DNA of 64,000 nt from Monocercomonoides exilis PA203. Lineage: Eukaryota; Protista; Preaxostyla. Location of the stretch: positions 1 to 64,000 of the forward strand of contig LSRY02000070.1 of assembly GCA_001643675.2 (NCBI GenBank), in the 5' to 3' direction. The notes beneath the pieces are model-generated. The model searched no databases and was not told the origin of the DNA. It saw nothing but the letters and a program-made list of their open reading frames with translations. The position numbers were made by a program, and so were the translations under genes. How positions within the stretch are numbered: position 1 is the stretch's first letter; the number at the start of each line of letters is the position of its first letter. Below are positions 54,401 through 64,000 of this stretch, piece by piece.

Positions 54401-56403
54401 GTTGTTTTTCCATTATTTTTAATCTCAAATGAACTCCCAACATTTTCGCTTTCAACATATAATGCCCCACTTGTCGCTGTTGTTGAATCGCTTGAAACAC
54501 ATTCTGCAAATGTGCAGCTGTCCAATGAAACCTTAATTTCATTTGTGCTTGACATTTTCATCACAGCATTTGACTTTGATGTTATCTTCTTTAAATTCAA
54601 CGATGTTAATGAAACTGTCGATGCTCCATCAACAAAAAATGGAGTCACTGTAAATGTTGCAATATTCGTTTCATCAGTGCACTCAACAGAATCTATCGTC
54701 AATGACCCAGCGCTCAATTTAGCAAGATGAATCTGCACTTCTCCTGTTGTTGGCCGAACAAAGTCGCAGTTAGAAATTGAAAGCGACGTTGACTCTGTGC
54801 CAGCGTGAATAAGCGCGAACAAGCCTGCATTTTCCGTTAATTTTGCTGGGAAGTCGAATTTCAAATATTTGAATGTTACAATCTGTTTGCACATGAACAG
54901 ATCATTATTTGATTTAACATTACAGTCAATCTCAACTTTTTCATTTGTTCCATCTGCATTTGAAATTCCTTCAATCGTTATTCCTGTTGATTTATCAAAT
55001 GTTATTGCTTCAGCTTTAAGAGCATCGGTTCCAGTTTCGGCTTTGATGATTTTAATGGCAAATACTTGGCTGCTCGTTTCTGCAAGCAAATCATACGCTC
55101 CTTTCAAACTGCCAATCGGAGCTTCCTTTTTCACTCCTTCTCCTGTCCCTCCACTCTTCACGAATACTGTCGTTGGCTGATCAAAATATTTTATTGTGAA
55201 GTCAACATCTTTGTCGTCACTTTCTCCTTTTGCAGCAACAAACCATCGATTATTTTCGAGTGTGTAATCTGCCGCAAAACTTTTCTTCATAGCTGCTGCT
55301 ATCTCCCTATGAAGGCTCACTTGAACATCCAAATACAACCCAGTATTCTTGACTGAATCGCCTTCCCCTGCTGTGCAATCAATAAATTGGAAATTGGATC
55401 CTGTTGCTGGCCATTGCAATTTGGAAACGTCAGTAATTCCCATCATCTTCAAATAGATACCACCTGATTTCCCATTCGCGCAAGTGCATTTAGTAAATGT
55501 TGTTGGGCTTGTGTTTCCAATCGTAAATGTGCTATCTGCTGAGGCACTTTCAACATAAAGTGCTCCGCTTGTTGTATCGCTTGAAACACATTCTGCAAAT
55601 GTGCAGCTATCCAATGTCACTGAAACAGCTGAATCTGTTTTTCCAACAACTTTCACCGTGGCGGTTGAAATTGATGTTATCTTCTTTAAATTCAACGATG
55701 TCAATGAAACTGTTGCTGCTCCTTCAACCAAAAATGGAGTCACTGTAAATGTTGCAGTATTCGTTTCATCAGTGCACTCAACAGTATCTATCGTTAATGT
55801 TCCAGCGCTCACTTTCACAAGATGAATTCCAACTGTTTCTTCACCTGCATTTGAATGCATCCCAGCTGGAGGAGTGGCTGGTGTTGTCCGAGAAAAATCG
55901 CAGTTTTCGATTGCAAGAGAAACCGACTCTGCAACAGCATGGACAAGTGCGAATGGATCTGCATTGGTTTTCAATCCTTCTGAAACTTCAGTTAATGTTG
56001 CTGGGAATATGAATGTTAAATATTTTAACGAAACTTTATTTTTGCATATTAATAAATTGCTTCCAGTGGTTGCTGCGCAGTCAATTTCAGCTTTCCCATT
56101 TGTTCCGTCTGCATCTGAAATTCCTTCAATAACAATTTCTGATTTGTCAAATGTTATTTCTTTAGCTTTAAGAGCATCGGTTCCAGCATCTGCTTTGATG
56201 ACTTTAATGGCAAATCCTTGATCGCTCGTTTCTGCAAGCAAATCATATGCATCGTTCAAACTGCCAACAGGTGTATCAAATGTCTTTCCATCTCCATCAG
56301 TCACTCCGCTTTTGACAAACACAGTTGTAGCTGTTTTCGCTGGATCAGCTGTTTGTGACAAAACAGAAAATGCAATAAATATCGCTAAAATAATTACTTT
56401 CAT
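51478..56403 (-). CDS. 1641-aa type I membrane protein with four ~370-390-aa beta-helix-like modules, (PE)n stalk, TM, short acidic tail
   Basis: Signal MKVIILAIFIAFSVLS. Modules begin TTVFVKSG/INVYVST...L..AYDLL and contain IHL.K.SAG.L and KSG(G/A)IY. PEPEPEP linker; TM VIVVAIVVPIVFVIAVVVIVIVVVVVV followed by RKRR. Confidence 0.92.
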   Translation of the reverse strand: MKVIILAIFIAFSVLSQTADPAKTATTVFVKSGVTDGDGKTFDTPVGSLNDAYDLLAETSDQGFAIKVIKADAGTDALKAKEITFDKSEIVIEGISDADGTNGKAEIDCAATTGSNLLICKNKVSLKYLTFIFPATLTEVSEGLKTNADPFALVHAVAESVSLAIENCDFSRTTPATPPAGMHSNAGEETVGIHLVKVSAGTLTIDTVECTDETNTATFTVTPFLVEGAATVSLTSLNLKKITSISTATVKVVGKTDSAVSVTLDSCTFAECVSSDTTSGALYVESASADSTFTIGNTSPTTFTKCTCANGKSGGIYLKMMGITDVSKLQWPATGSNFQFIDCTAGEGDSVKNTGLYLDVQVSLHREIAAAMKKSFAADYTLENNRWFVAAKGESDDKDVDFTIKYFDQPTTVFVKSGGTGEGVKKEAPIGSLKGAYDLLAETSSQVFAIKIIKAETGTDALKAEAITFDKSTGITIEGISNADGTNEKVEIDCNVKSNNDLFMCKQIVTFKYLKFDFPAKLTENAGLFALIHAGTESTSLSISNCDFVRPTTGEVQIHLAKLSAGSLTIDSVECTDETNIATFTVTPFFVDGASTVSLTSLNLKKITSKSNAVMKMSSTNEIKVSLDSCTFAECVSSDSTTATSGALYVESENVGSSFEIKNNGKTTFTKCTCANGKSGGIYLNLKGITDASELKWPTAKENLVFSGCTAGEGNSVKNTGLYLDVQVSLHREIAAAMKKSFAADYTLENNRWFVAAKGESDDKDVDFTIKYFDQPTTVFVKSGGTGEGVKKEAPIGSLKGAYDLLAETSSQVFAIKIIRSENALTVEPNEFNKASGITIEGISNSADANEKVEIDCDAKAEGNLLTCKKKVEFRSLAFNFPTTLENKQAKNDGPAAPGPFALIVTEGEDAELSIMNCRFVRPTPATPPAEMLSNAGEDTVGIHLVKVSAGSLIMIGVECTDETNTAIFTVTPFLINEADFVTLVSLNLKKITSTTNPVLKITSSKRIFISLGQCTFTECISSDTTSGALYVESIATDGKFTIANSDTTTFHKCTCAKGKSGAIYLNLKNIAADKLDWPETGSNLVFTECTAGEGDAKRNTGLYLDVPIGIHREIAAAMKISFAADYKKETNENYVVAKGADDKDVDFTKVYFDPIINVYVSTTAKDDSKDGLSYENPKINLKAAYDLLGEGVGGENFKINIIKTNEAYPAKTFTFDKASGITIVGVQKTNDVESESEVTIDCDAKTVGNLLICKKKVEFRSLAFNFPLTLEGEQAKNDESAAPGPFALIATEGADAELSIVNCRFVRPAPSDKLGMHSNAGEEIVGIHLVKVSAGSLTMNGVKCVDEAKTVSFKVIPFLVEGAKEVVIEDVEVKKVEVEEGAAISISDQIIGEGKASKKNEATEETKGTIIVVEGLKMEEVKSKSGNTAGVEISLGEENSKVKMGRKKACTFKECKAENGKSGAIYIEMYKALGNLELPGENKLEIDGTNSGKGNSRASLCIFSLDFDDFSKQDKAFEFAKNYDEGNAGWVVGTGNINAEPEDVYEKYLKGKKDPEPEPEPEPEPEPEPEPQPQPDPGKKDEPKTNTGVIVVAIVVPIVFVIAVVVIVIVVVVVVRKRRSKYNSDDDEDDEKEQEMSNHV
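53946..55358. repeat. Exact 315-bp direct repeat pair inside the 1641-aa gene (53946-54260 = 55044-55358, offset 1098 bp)
   Basis: Identical antisense ORFs 53968-54258 and 55066-55356; boundaries checked by eye. Confidence 0.92.
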
Positions 56404-57149
56404 TAAAACCGATTTATCAGTCTTTTAAACAAAATATGATCAATTCACGTATACAATGTATAATTCAAGGAACAAATAAAGGTTGTTCAAAATTTTCGGA
56501 ATCTTTGTGAACACATTTTTTAAACTGTAAATGCTTCTTGAGTACCTTGACTGCATCCGGATGAGTAAAGAAAAACGCGGAATAATTGTGTTCCATAAAA
56601 AAGATTTGCTTGATATGTTTTGTCGGATGGGAGACTGATGCTGCATGTGTGCAAGCTAATTTCTTGCAGACTTGCAAACGGAGTGTATTTTATTGCCGAT
56701 GGGAAGAGGGTGTTTTTTTTATGAATGCAATACTCACATGGTAATAAACGAAAAATAGATATTTTTGTGCCATATTTTTTGATGGATTTTTGTGTGGAAT
56801 ATTTTGGGATGTGGCTGCTTATTCCTACCAGTGGAGCTTGAGGGATGAGTTGTTTCGTTCTCTGGAGCTTTCAGAAGGTGTGTTTTGAGTTGTTTGCGTT
56901 TGGAATATTATTTGGATAAATTTGTTTTTCAGAGGGCATCATTGAAGTTTAAATTTTTTCCTTATGAAGCTATTTTTGGGAGTGGAAGATCTGGAGCAGA
57001 AGATGGCTGGAAATGGCAGGTGGAACGGAAGAGAAGCGATGTAATGGATTTTTATCAATTGTTTGTGGTATTTCTGAAGTTGCTGCTGAAAGAAGTTGCA
57101 ATTCATTGGAAAAGTACCTTTAATAGTACTGTTGCTGCAGGAGCATTTT

Positions 57150-57720
57150 TTTGCTGAGATGCTGAAAGAAATTGTCTTGTTTGAGCTCTTATTGAGGCAA
57201 GTTTTGGAAGAGGATTGGCTTGGAAAAGCCTTTTGAAAGAAGAAGGAATGGCGGAAAAGGCACTATGTTGGTTGATTGAATGGTCCGAATGCTGTGTGTC
57301 ATTAAATGCAAATGTTATTTGAAAGTTGCTTGGAAGAAAGAGGAGAATGAGGAAACTCAAATGGAAATCGAAATGTCTTTTTTGCGCTTGAGCGAAACAG
57401 GGGAAGCCGTGGTATGAACTTATTATCTTTTTTGAATTTTTAATTTGAAAATTTTTCTTTATTTTAATCAGGATTGAGGCAAAAGAGGTTGGAATGAAGG
57501 AGGTTGCAGAAACCATAAAAAGCCTTCAAGAGCATCTGCATTTGGCACAGCTTGACTGACAGTTGGACGCAAGAGAGTTGGAAGAGCAATAGGCATGAGT
57601 GGAGAGGAATTGGAAAAAAGTGGAATGAATTTCATAAATATTCAAAGCTTGTGGAATACTTGGAGCTTCTTTTTCCATTGACAATTTTGATGAAGTTGAA
57701 TTCAAGCAGTTTGCTGAATG
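57150..57720 (+). pseudogene. Degraded member of the two-intron helical family
   Basis: LKVAWKKEENEETQMEIEMSF matches LKVALNKEENEEAQKEVEMAL, followed by an intron-like GTATGAAC...AATCAG (~57412-57471) at the family position; many stops. Bounds approximate. Confidence 0.6.
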
Positions 57721-58359
57721 GATGGCTCGGGGACTGTTGAATGTTGTGGAGCTGCTTGGGGAAGGCAGATTGCATCACTCGTTTCGGAGGAAGCCAACTA
57801 TTGTTGTGAAATGCCATTCGAATTGCTGCTTTTCAGAGTTTCTGTTCTTTTTTTCAGTTCCAAAGAGATTGAAAGAATGCTCATTCTGTTTTGTTGGCAG
57901 AACTTGTGGTAAGTTTTGGATTGGGAGAAGTTTGTGTTGAAGAAATTGGGAAAGATGGATGCACAGCAATTGCGAAAGATGTTTTGAAGCATGACTTGTT
58001 GATTAAAAATGTGATGGTTTTTTGATTCTTGTCTTTTTTTTTTTTTCACATCTCATTCAATTTAGAAGAATACAAGAAATAGAATACAATTGAAAATGGT
58101 ATTTTTTTCATTGATTGCAGTAATTGAATTATAATTGGTATGAAATATGAAAAGTTTTTATTTATAAAGATACATATTTTGTAGGTTGTTATTTCCATGG
58201 ATACTGTAAAAGAGATTGAAAGAAAATGAGTTGTTGATAATTTCCTCCCTCATGAAGCAGTTGTGTGTCTGGTGCTTTTCTAACACACTAGTCAATGTTC
58301 ACTTCCAATTCACTCATTCATGAATTAATGTTGCATTCTTTTGATGTTTCCTCATATTT

Positions 58360-58362
<3 letters not shown>

Positions 58363-58395
<33 letters not shown>

Positions 58396-58417
58396 TTGTT
58401 GTTGTTGTTGTTGTTTT
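58363..58417. repeat. Poly-T (~32 nt) followed by (GTT)~7
   Basis: Direct reading. Confidence 0.9.
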
Positions 58418-59901
58418 CATAGATGAAAATGGATTGTTGTGAAGTTGGATGATTAATATTGAAATTTTTATTTTTTTCGGTGTCGAAACAAAAAATCTGT
58501 CTTTGTTTTGTTTTTGAAATTGAAATGTTAATTGTGTCCAATAAAACAATATTCCGTATTAATTCTTCCGAACAACATCTTCAAACATTTGGAACCGTCA
58601 TCTGAACTTTGTCAACTTATGTTATATACCTTTGAAAATTCTTTTTGAAAAAGAAATCAGGTGAAAACGTACGGCACAAATTATTTTCAAAATTCACTTC
58701 CAACTCACTGAAAAAATCAAGAGTTTAATTAAAAGTTGGATATTGCCATCATTTATTCATTGATTCCATTCTGTTTATATTTTGTGTTTCTCTTCAAAGT
58801 TATTTGGGACGAAATATTTTGCTTTATGAATTTTGTTCCATTTCACTCAAACAATTATTATTCTCAATTTCAGAATTTTTCTATATTTTTTGTGGCATTC
58901 AAATGAAACACTTTTAATTAAAAGGTTCAAGAAAAAATATGGAACAAATCGTTGTTTTTTTCATAAATGAAAAAATATTGGCAAAATATTTTTTTTTTCA
59001 AAAATAACATATATGGGGAAAAATACGGACTTTCAAGCTTTTTATGCACAAAGCATGAAAAAATTGTTTCTCTTATTACATTTTGAAACTCAACCAGATT
59101 TCAAAATAAATTAGATTTTCATAACTGTAAACAAACATCAATGATATAAAAACATTATGTTTTGCGACTTCTCATGTATTTCAATAAATAAACCCATTTT
59201 TTCACATTCTTTGATCACAAAAAGTTTATCTGAAATGCATAATTTTTCAATGAAAATGCCTGAAGTCAAATATTTTGTCCCATATGGTTAATAATTTTTG
59301 TAATTATTTCTTTTTTCGGTGTTTTTATTTTTCAAACATTGTTTGTATTTGCGTAGAGATTTTGTGTTCAAATGTTCAATTCATCACAACTGGTTTAATA
59401 GCAATTATTTTGCACTAATAAAGAGGCTGATGTCTTTTCGTGGTCTATTCATTTTTCTGTTAACTTTTATTGATATTCGAGGGAAATTTTCGAACCGAAA
59501 TTTTTGATTGAAGAAATATGTTTTTTAAAAATAATCACTCAAATCTTTCATTCAAGAGAAAAAAATTTAAATAACAATAATTTAATAACAAATGCATGAT
59601 AACATATGAAATCATAACTTTTTTGGGAGTGTTGAATTTCAAATTTTCTTTTGAACATTACTAGAAAATTTTTATTTGCTGTTTTTTTTAATGGAATTTG
59701 TGACAAAATCAAACGTTTGAAATGCATTCTTGAAAATTATTAGTGGAATGTGAGATCACTTTTCGATGTTCACAAACAAAAACACAACACAAATTTTCGA
59801 TAAGAAAATTTTGACAGAAAAAATATGATATTAAAAATTATCACCCAAATAATAAATGAAAACAGAAAAATTATAAATTGAGAAAAATTAAAGAATGTAC
59901 A

Positions 59902-60306
59902 GATTGTTCAAAATATACCAGACATCGAACAAAAATACTGACAAGATTGTTTTCTCGATTAATTCTTGAGGAATTATTCTGATAATTTTCCTTGAAATAA
60001 ACATTTTCTTTACAAAATGATTTTGTATGCGAAAGTTTCATTTTCGCATCGGCTGAATATTTCACGAAAATAAAAAATAATCATAATAGAAAACTTGGAA
60101 TAATGAGACTAAAAGATTCCACTAATTTTCAAATTCTATTTTTTTTTTATTACAGCCGATACGAAAATGAAACTTTCGCATACAAAATCATTTTGTAAAG
60201 AAAAGGTTTATTTCAAGGAAAATTATCAGAATAATTCCTCAAGAATTAATCGAGAAAACAATCTTGTCAATATTTTTGTTCGATATCTGACATTTTTTGA
60301 ACAATC
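59902..60306. repeat. 154-bp inverted repeat with 97-bp loop (possible foldback/MITE)
   Basis: 59902-60055 is the revcomp of 60153-60306 with about 7 mismatches and no gaps. Confidence 0.88.
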
Positions 60307-60744
60307 AATAAGATTTTCATGTCATAATACTTTTTCAAAAGAAACCTATAGAAAAAAGTGTAATGTTAATTATCAATAAATTTATTGAGTTTGTTTGTTT
60401 CTTTCAAACTATCAATAAATGTGAATCTTATTCTTTTTTATCGATTGTATTTCATTTCTATTGAGTGAAACTTTTGATAAAAATTTTATTGAAATCCAGA
60501 TTTCAAAAAACAGTCAGCCAAGTCTTGAAAAAAAATTTGCAGACAAAAAATTAGAAATTGAATTATTTTTGTAAGTTGTACGAGGATAAATCAGATATAA
60601 ATATTTCATTTATTGGGTAATCTGTATAAAAATCCTAAGTGATGTGAAGATATCATTTTTTCAAATAAAAAAAAAAAAAAGCAAATCCATTAGAAATAAT
60701 ACATATTTCTAGTGAAGAAGATTTAAAAAATCAAATAATAAATA

Positions 60745-60812
60745 CAGTGAAGTTCGGTTATAATCACATTCGATTTTGCACAATTTTTTGTGATTATAAC
60801 CGAACTTCACTG
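60745..60812. mobile_element. 68-bp micro-MITE
   Basis: Perfect 24-bp TIRs CAGTGAAGTTCGGTTATAATCACA around a 20-bp core; TA on both sides. Confidence 0.88.
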
Positions 60813-61222
60813 TATTATTAAAAGTTCAATCAATACACATACAAAAAGTTATAATTACTCCCGAAAAAAAAAAAGATAAAAAATAAAAGATTTCAACTGA
60901 TGAAAAGCATTTCCTTTCTACACAATCATTGAGTTGCAAATCCAATCTACAAAGTCAATCATTCAAGAAGATATAATCCGCGAATAAATAGTATAAAATA
61001 ATAAAACGTAACATTTTTATAAAACATGACATATTCAAGAGTATATTCAAGAATAAAAACATGACTTTTTTTAAAAAAAAAAATAAAGTAATCCATAAAG
61101 AACAATCAATAACATAATACAAAATAACACAACAATCCTTCAGAAAAGATCCCTCAAACTCATATGCTCGTTTATTTCTAATTGCCACATATTTTTCTCT
61201 TATTTTTCCACCCCAGCAATTT

Positions 61223-64000
61223 TTAAGAAGTCGAGTTAATGCCAAAATTCATAATTTTTGGCTTTTGCTTTTCCTTTCTGCAATACTTTCTCCTTTCCGC
61301 TACTTCCTTCACCTGCCCACCAACCAAATATCCCTCCCTTGCTCCGCTTTCCCCATTCCCTCTGCCCTTCGCTTCTTTCTTCAGCAGCGCCTCTTCTCCC
61401 TGCTCACAGCCCGCCTTCCCAATCGTTGCCCTCACATATTTCCCGCTCTCGTCCACCCACTCAAACCTACCCCCAAACTCGCTCCTCACCATCTCGTTCG
61501 CACTCCGCTTTCCTCTCCCTTCTCGGCCGCTCCCCTTCTGCCGGTTCCGGTACAGCCCAATCCAGTTCATCATCGACCGATGCGGAAGACGCAGCGCACA
61601 CGACAGCAACACTTTCTCATCGTCGTCCAGATACGCCCGCGTCTTCCCGTCGTCCTTCGGACTCCCCTTCGCCTCTGCTTTTTTCCCGTTTTTCTGCTTC
61701 GTTTCAGCCGGCTGCATAAGCAGAAAGGCTACAATATCAGCTATGCTGTCGTAGAATTGCTTGTCGTTGAACGTGCCCACTTCATTCGCCCTCGCAACGA
61801 TGCTGCCCAACTCCTTCGCACACCTCATGCCCTCCAGCGAATTCGCTCTTCCCGCCAACACAAGCCTTTCTCCTGCGTTCCGCCCCCATTCCCCTTCCCC
61901 TTCCCCTTCTCCTTCTCCTTCCCCATCCTTGAACGGGCTGAGGAGCGCCACCTGGAGCTGGAGCTGGATCTGCACAAGGACATTCGGAGGGACAGCGCTG
62001 GTGGCGCCGTGTATGCCGAAAGCCTGCTTCATCTGCTCGTGGTGCTTGCGGCACTCGTAGTACAGCTTCATCAGATCAGTCACCTCCTGCGGGTGGTACT
62101 TCGAGGGCACTGGCGGACACACGGCCGGGTGGATGATCAGCGGGGGCATGAGGAAAAACGGAAGCATTTCGCGCATTTCGCAAGTGGGCTCGGGAAAGAC
62201 GAGGGCGTCTGAGGAGGATGGGGAAGAAGGTGAAGAGGAGGAAGAAATGGAGGAGGAAGAGATAGAGGAAGAAGAGGATTGTGATGTTGATGATTGGGCT
62301 AAAGAAGAGGAAGATACAGTTGCAGAAGAAGAAGAAGAGGAAGAAGAAGAGGCAGAGGAAGAAATCAAAGAAGAAGAAGAAGAAGAAGAAGTTGAAGGAG
62401 CGGAAGAAAGAGGCGCAGGTGAAAAAGCAGGCACTTGTGATGGCGACGCTGCAAAAACTGAAGAAGAAGCAGAAGCAGAAGAAGAAAACGAGCACAAAGA
62501 AGAAGGAGAAAAAGAAGAAGAAGAAGAAGAAGCAACAGCAGAAGACGCATTAAAACACAAAGAAGAAGAAATTGCCGACGGCGAAGACACAAACGAAGGA
62601 TACATATAGGCATATGGCTGCGGTACCGGGTTAGCTGCAAACGGAGGCAGGTCAAAAGTACTTGAGTGCAAAGGCATTTTCATCGGCAGTGCAGAGGTTA
62701 TCTGGTCGATGCCTGTGTTTGAGGGGAAGATGGCTGAGAGGCTCTCAGTCTGCTCGAAGGAAAGAGAAGAAGCGTCAAAGTTCGGAGCGGCGGAGGGGGT
62801 GGCTGCTGGGTTTGAGGAGAACGGGGTGTATGAAGAAGGAAATGTGTCATATGTGACGGTTTGCTCGAGCTGTGAGTTTTGGGAGAGAGAGGACGAAGAA
62901 GAAGCATACGCAAATGAAGACTTCACAAACATTGAAGAAGAAGAAGAAAGAGAAGAAAGAGGTGAAGCCGAAGAAGAAATGTAACTGTTTTGAAGGAAGG
63001 ATGTTGTCGAAGGCAAAGTCGAAGGAAACAGGGTGGAGTATCTTGTCGCGTGCTGATTGCGTTTTGCAAGCGAACAGTTCGAATGAGAAGAAGAAGAGGA
63101 AGAACAAGAAGAAGAACAAGAAGAAGAACAAGAAGAAGAACAAGAAGAAGGCGACGATGAAGAAGACAACGCCGATGAAGGAGAAGGCATTTCTGCGTTG
63201 ATTGCGTCGACTTTCGGGGCGGAAGTGAATTCTTCTGCAGAAAAACCGAAAATTGACGAGACGCTTACTGGAACAGGGATCGGAGGGGGAAAGATATCAC
63301 AATAATCCGAAAGAGTTAGCGAAGAACTTAAATAACTTGAAGAAGAAGAAGAAGAAGAAGATGATGATGATGATGAAGATAATGAAGCAGACGATGAAGA
63401 AGAACGAGATGAAGAATTACATAGCGAAGAATCTACATGAAATGGAGCTGAAGCGCCTAGCGCCCCAGCACTGCTACGGTGAAGTGACTGCTCAAATGCC
63501 GACGCTGTCAGAGAAGCTGACTGCGGTGTCGATGAAGCAGAAGCAGAAGCAGAAGCAGAAGCAGAATTAGCATTAACATTAGCATTAGCATCAGGATCAG
63601 CATCAGCTTCAACCACGTCCATTGTTGCTTCAGAGAAGCTTGCATCGAGCAACGACTGCGGCTGCTCCATCGCCCCTTCCCCAAACGAGGCAAACGGAGC
63701 CGAATGGAACGCGCCAGCAGAGCTGAACAAGACGTCTTCCGAAAGCAGGTCGCTCGCCTCTGTCGAAGCTGCCTGCGTTTCCGTCCCGCCTTTCAGAGCG
63801 CCACCAAATAACTGCTCGGCCTCAGAAAGGCAGCGTTCTCTGTTCTTTTCTTGCTCCCTGTGGATTTTGTCTGCCTGCGCAATGAGCGAGCTCATCAGCC
63901 CGTTCGACCACTCTGTCCAGGTTTCTGTGTACCCTCCCTCATAAACAGTCTCCAGGCTGCTGATTTGAGAGGTCAGCGCACGCAAAATGCGGATCTGCCG
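61223..64000 (-). CDS. 3' part (>=925 aa) of a Ser-rich low-complexity protein of unknown function
   Basis: Frame stays open to the window end; markedly higher GC than the flanks; non-repetitive C-terminal region after long Ser tracts. Confidence 0.75.
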   Translation of the reverse strand, partial: RQIRILRALTSQISSLETVYEGGYTETWTEWSNGLMSSLIAQADKIHREQEKNRERCLSEAEQLFGGALKGGTETQAASTEASDLLSEDVLFSSAGAFHSAPFASFGEGAMEQPQSLLDASFSEATMDVVEADADPDANANVNANSASASASASASSTPQSASLTASAFEQSLHRSSAGALGASAPFHVDSSLCNSSSRSSSSSASLSSSSSSSSSSSSSSSYLSSSLTLSDYCDIFPPPIPVPVSVSSIFGFSAEEFTSAPKVDAINAEMPSPSSALSSSSSPSSCSSSCSSSCSSSCSSSSSSHSNCSLAKRNQHATRYSTLFPSTLPSTTSFLQNSYISSSASPLSSLSSSSSMFVKSSFAYASSSSSLSQNSQLEQTVTYDTFPSSYTPFSSNPAATPSAAPNFDASSLSFEQTESLSAIFPSNTGIDQITSALPMKMPLHSSTFDLPPFAANPVPQPYAYMYPSFVSSPSAISSSLCFNASSAVASSSSSSFSPSSLCSFSSSASASSSVFAASPSQVPAFSPAPLSSAPSTSSSSSSSLISSSASSSSSSSSSATVSSSSLAQSSTSQSSSSSISSSSISSSSSPSSPSSSDALVFPEPTCEMREMLPFFLMPPLIIHPAVCPPVPSKYHPQEVTDLMKLYYECRKHHEQMKQAFGIHGATSAVPPNVLVQIQLQLQVALLSPFKDGEGEGEGEGEGEWGRNAGERLVLAGRANSLEGMRCAKELGSIVARANEVGTFNDKQFYDSIADIVAFLLMQPAETKQKNGKKAEAKGSPKDDGKTRAYLDDDEKVLLSCALRLPHRSMMNWIGLYRNRQKGSGREGRGKRSANEMVRSEFGGRFEWVDESGKYVRATIGKAGCEQGEEALLKKEAKGRGNGESGAREGYLVGGQVKEVAERRKYCRKEKQKPKIMNFGINSTS

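Noticed and set aside
51484-56221. Plus-strand ORFs overlapping the 1641-aa gene (and similar antisense ORFs over the other long genes)
   Set aside because: Antisense shadows of long coding sequences with no independent motifs.
24495-56403. Non-standard nuclear genetic code (e.g. TAR=Gln)
   Set aside because: Multi-kb ORFs are open under the standard code, and paralogs end at equivalent positions with TGA (39115) or TAA (45167).

Overview
AT-rich eukaryotic DNA with short (~50-60 nt) GT-AG introns and long microsatellites. The gene families resemble those I associate with the oxymonad Monocercomonoides (inference, not verified). The first 38.3 kb is one giant palindrome: arm L (1-16389, running off the window start) and arm R (21938-38338) are near-identical inverted copies. 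Each arm carries an outward-facing ~2560-aa receptor-like gene: signal peptide, Cys/GGA-rich beta-helix-like ectodomain, TM helix, degenerate kinase-like tail. The arms match almost everywhere except a ~1.65-kb gap-free patchwork of strongly diverged tracts in the N-terminal ectodomain, which suggests segmental gene conversion or diversifying selection on a surface receptor. The 5.5-kb spacer is ~95% nested DNA transposons (Merlin > pogo/Fot1-like > 450-bp MITE; foldback element > same MITE), and the left arm ends exactly at the putative Merlin terminus. The rest of the window holds a second pogo-like copy, members and relics of a two-intron helical gene family, a relic of the receptor kinase-like tail, a 1641-aa four-module type I membrane protein with an exact internal duplication, a 68-bp micro-MITE, and a 5'-truncated Ser-rich ORF. 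No rRNA, tRNA or CRISPR array was recognised. All comparisons were made by eye, so counts are approximate.
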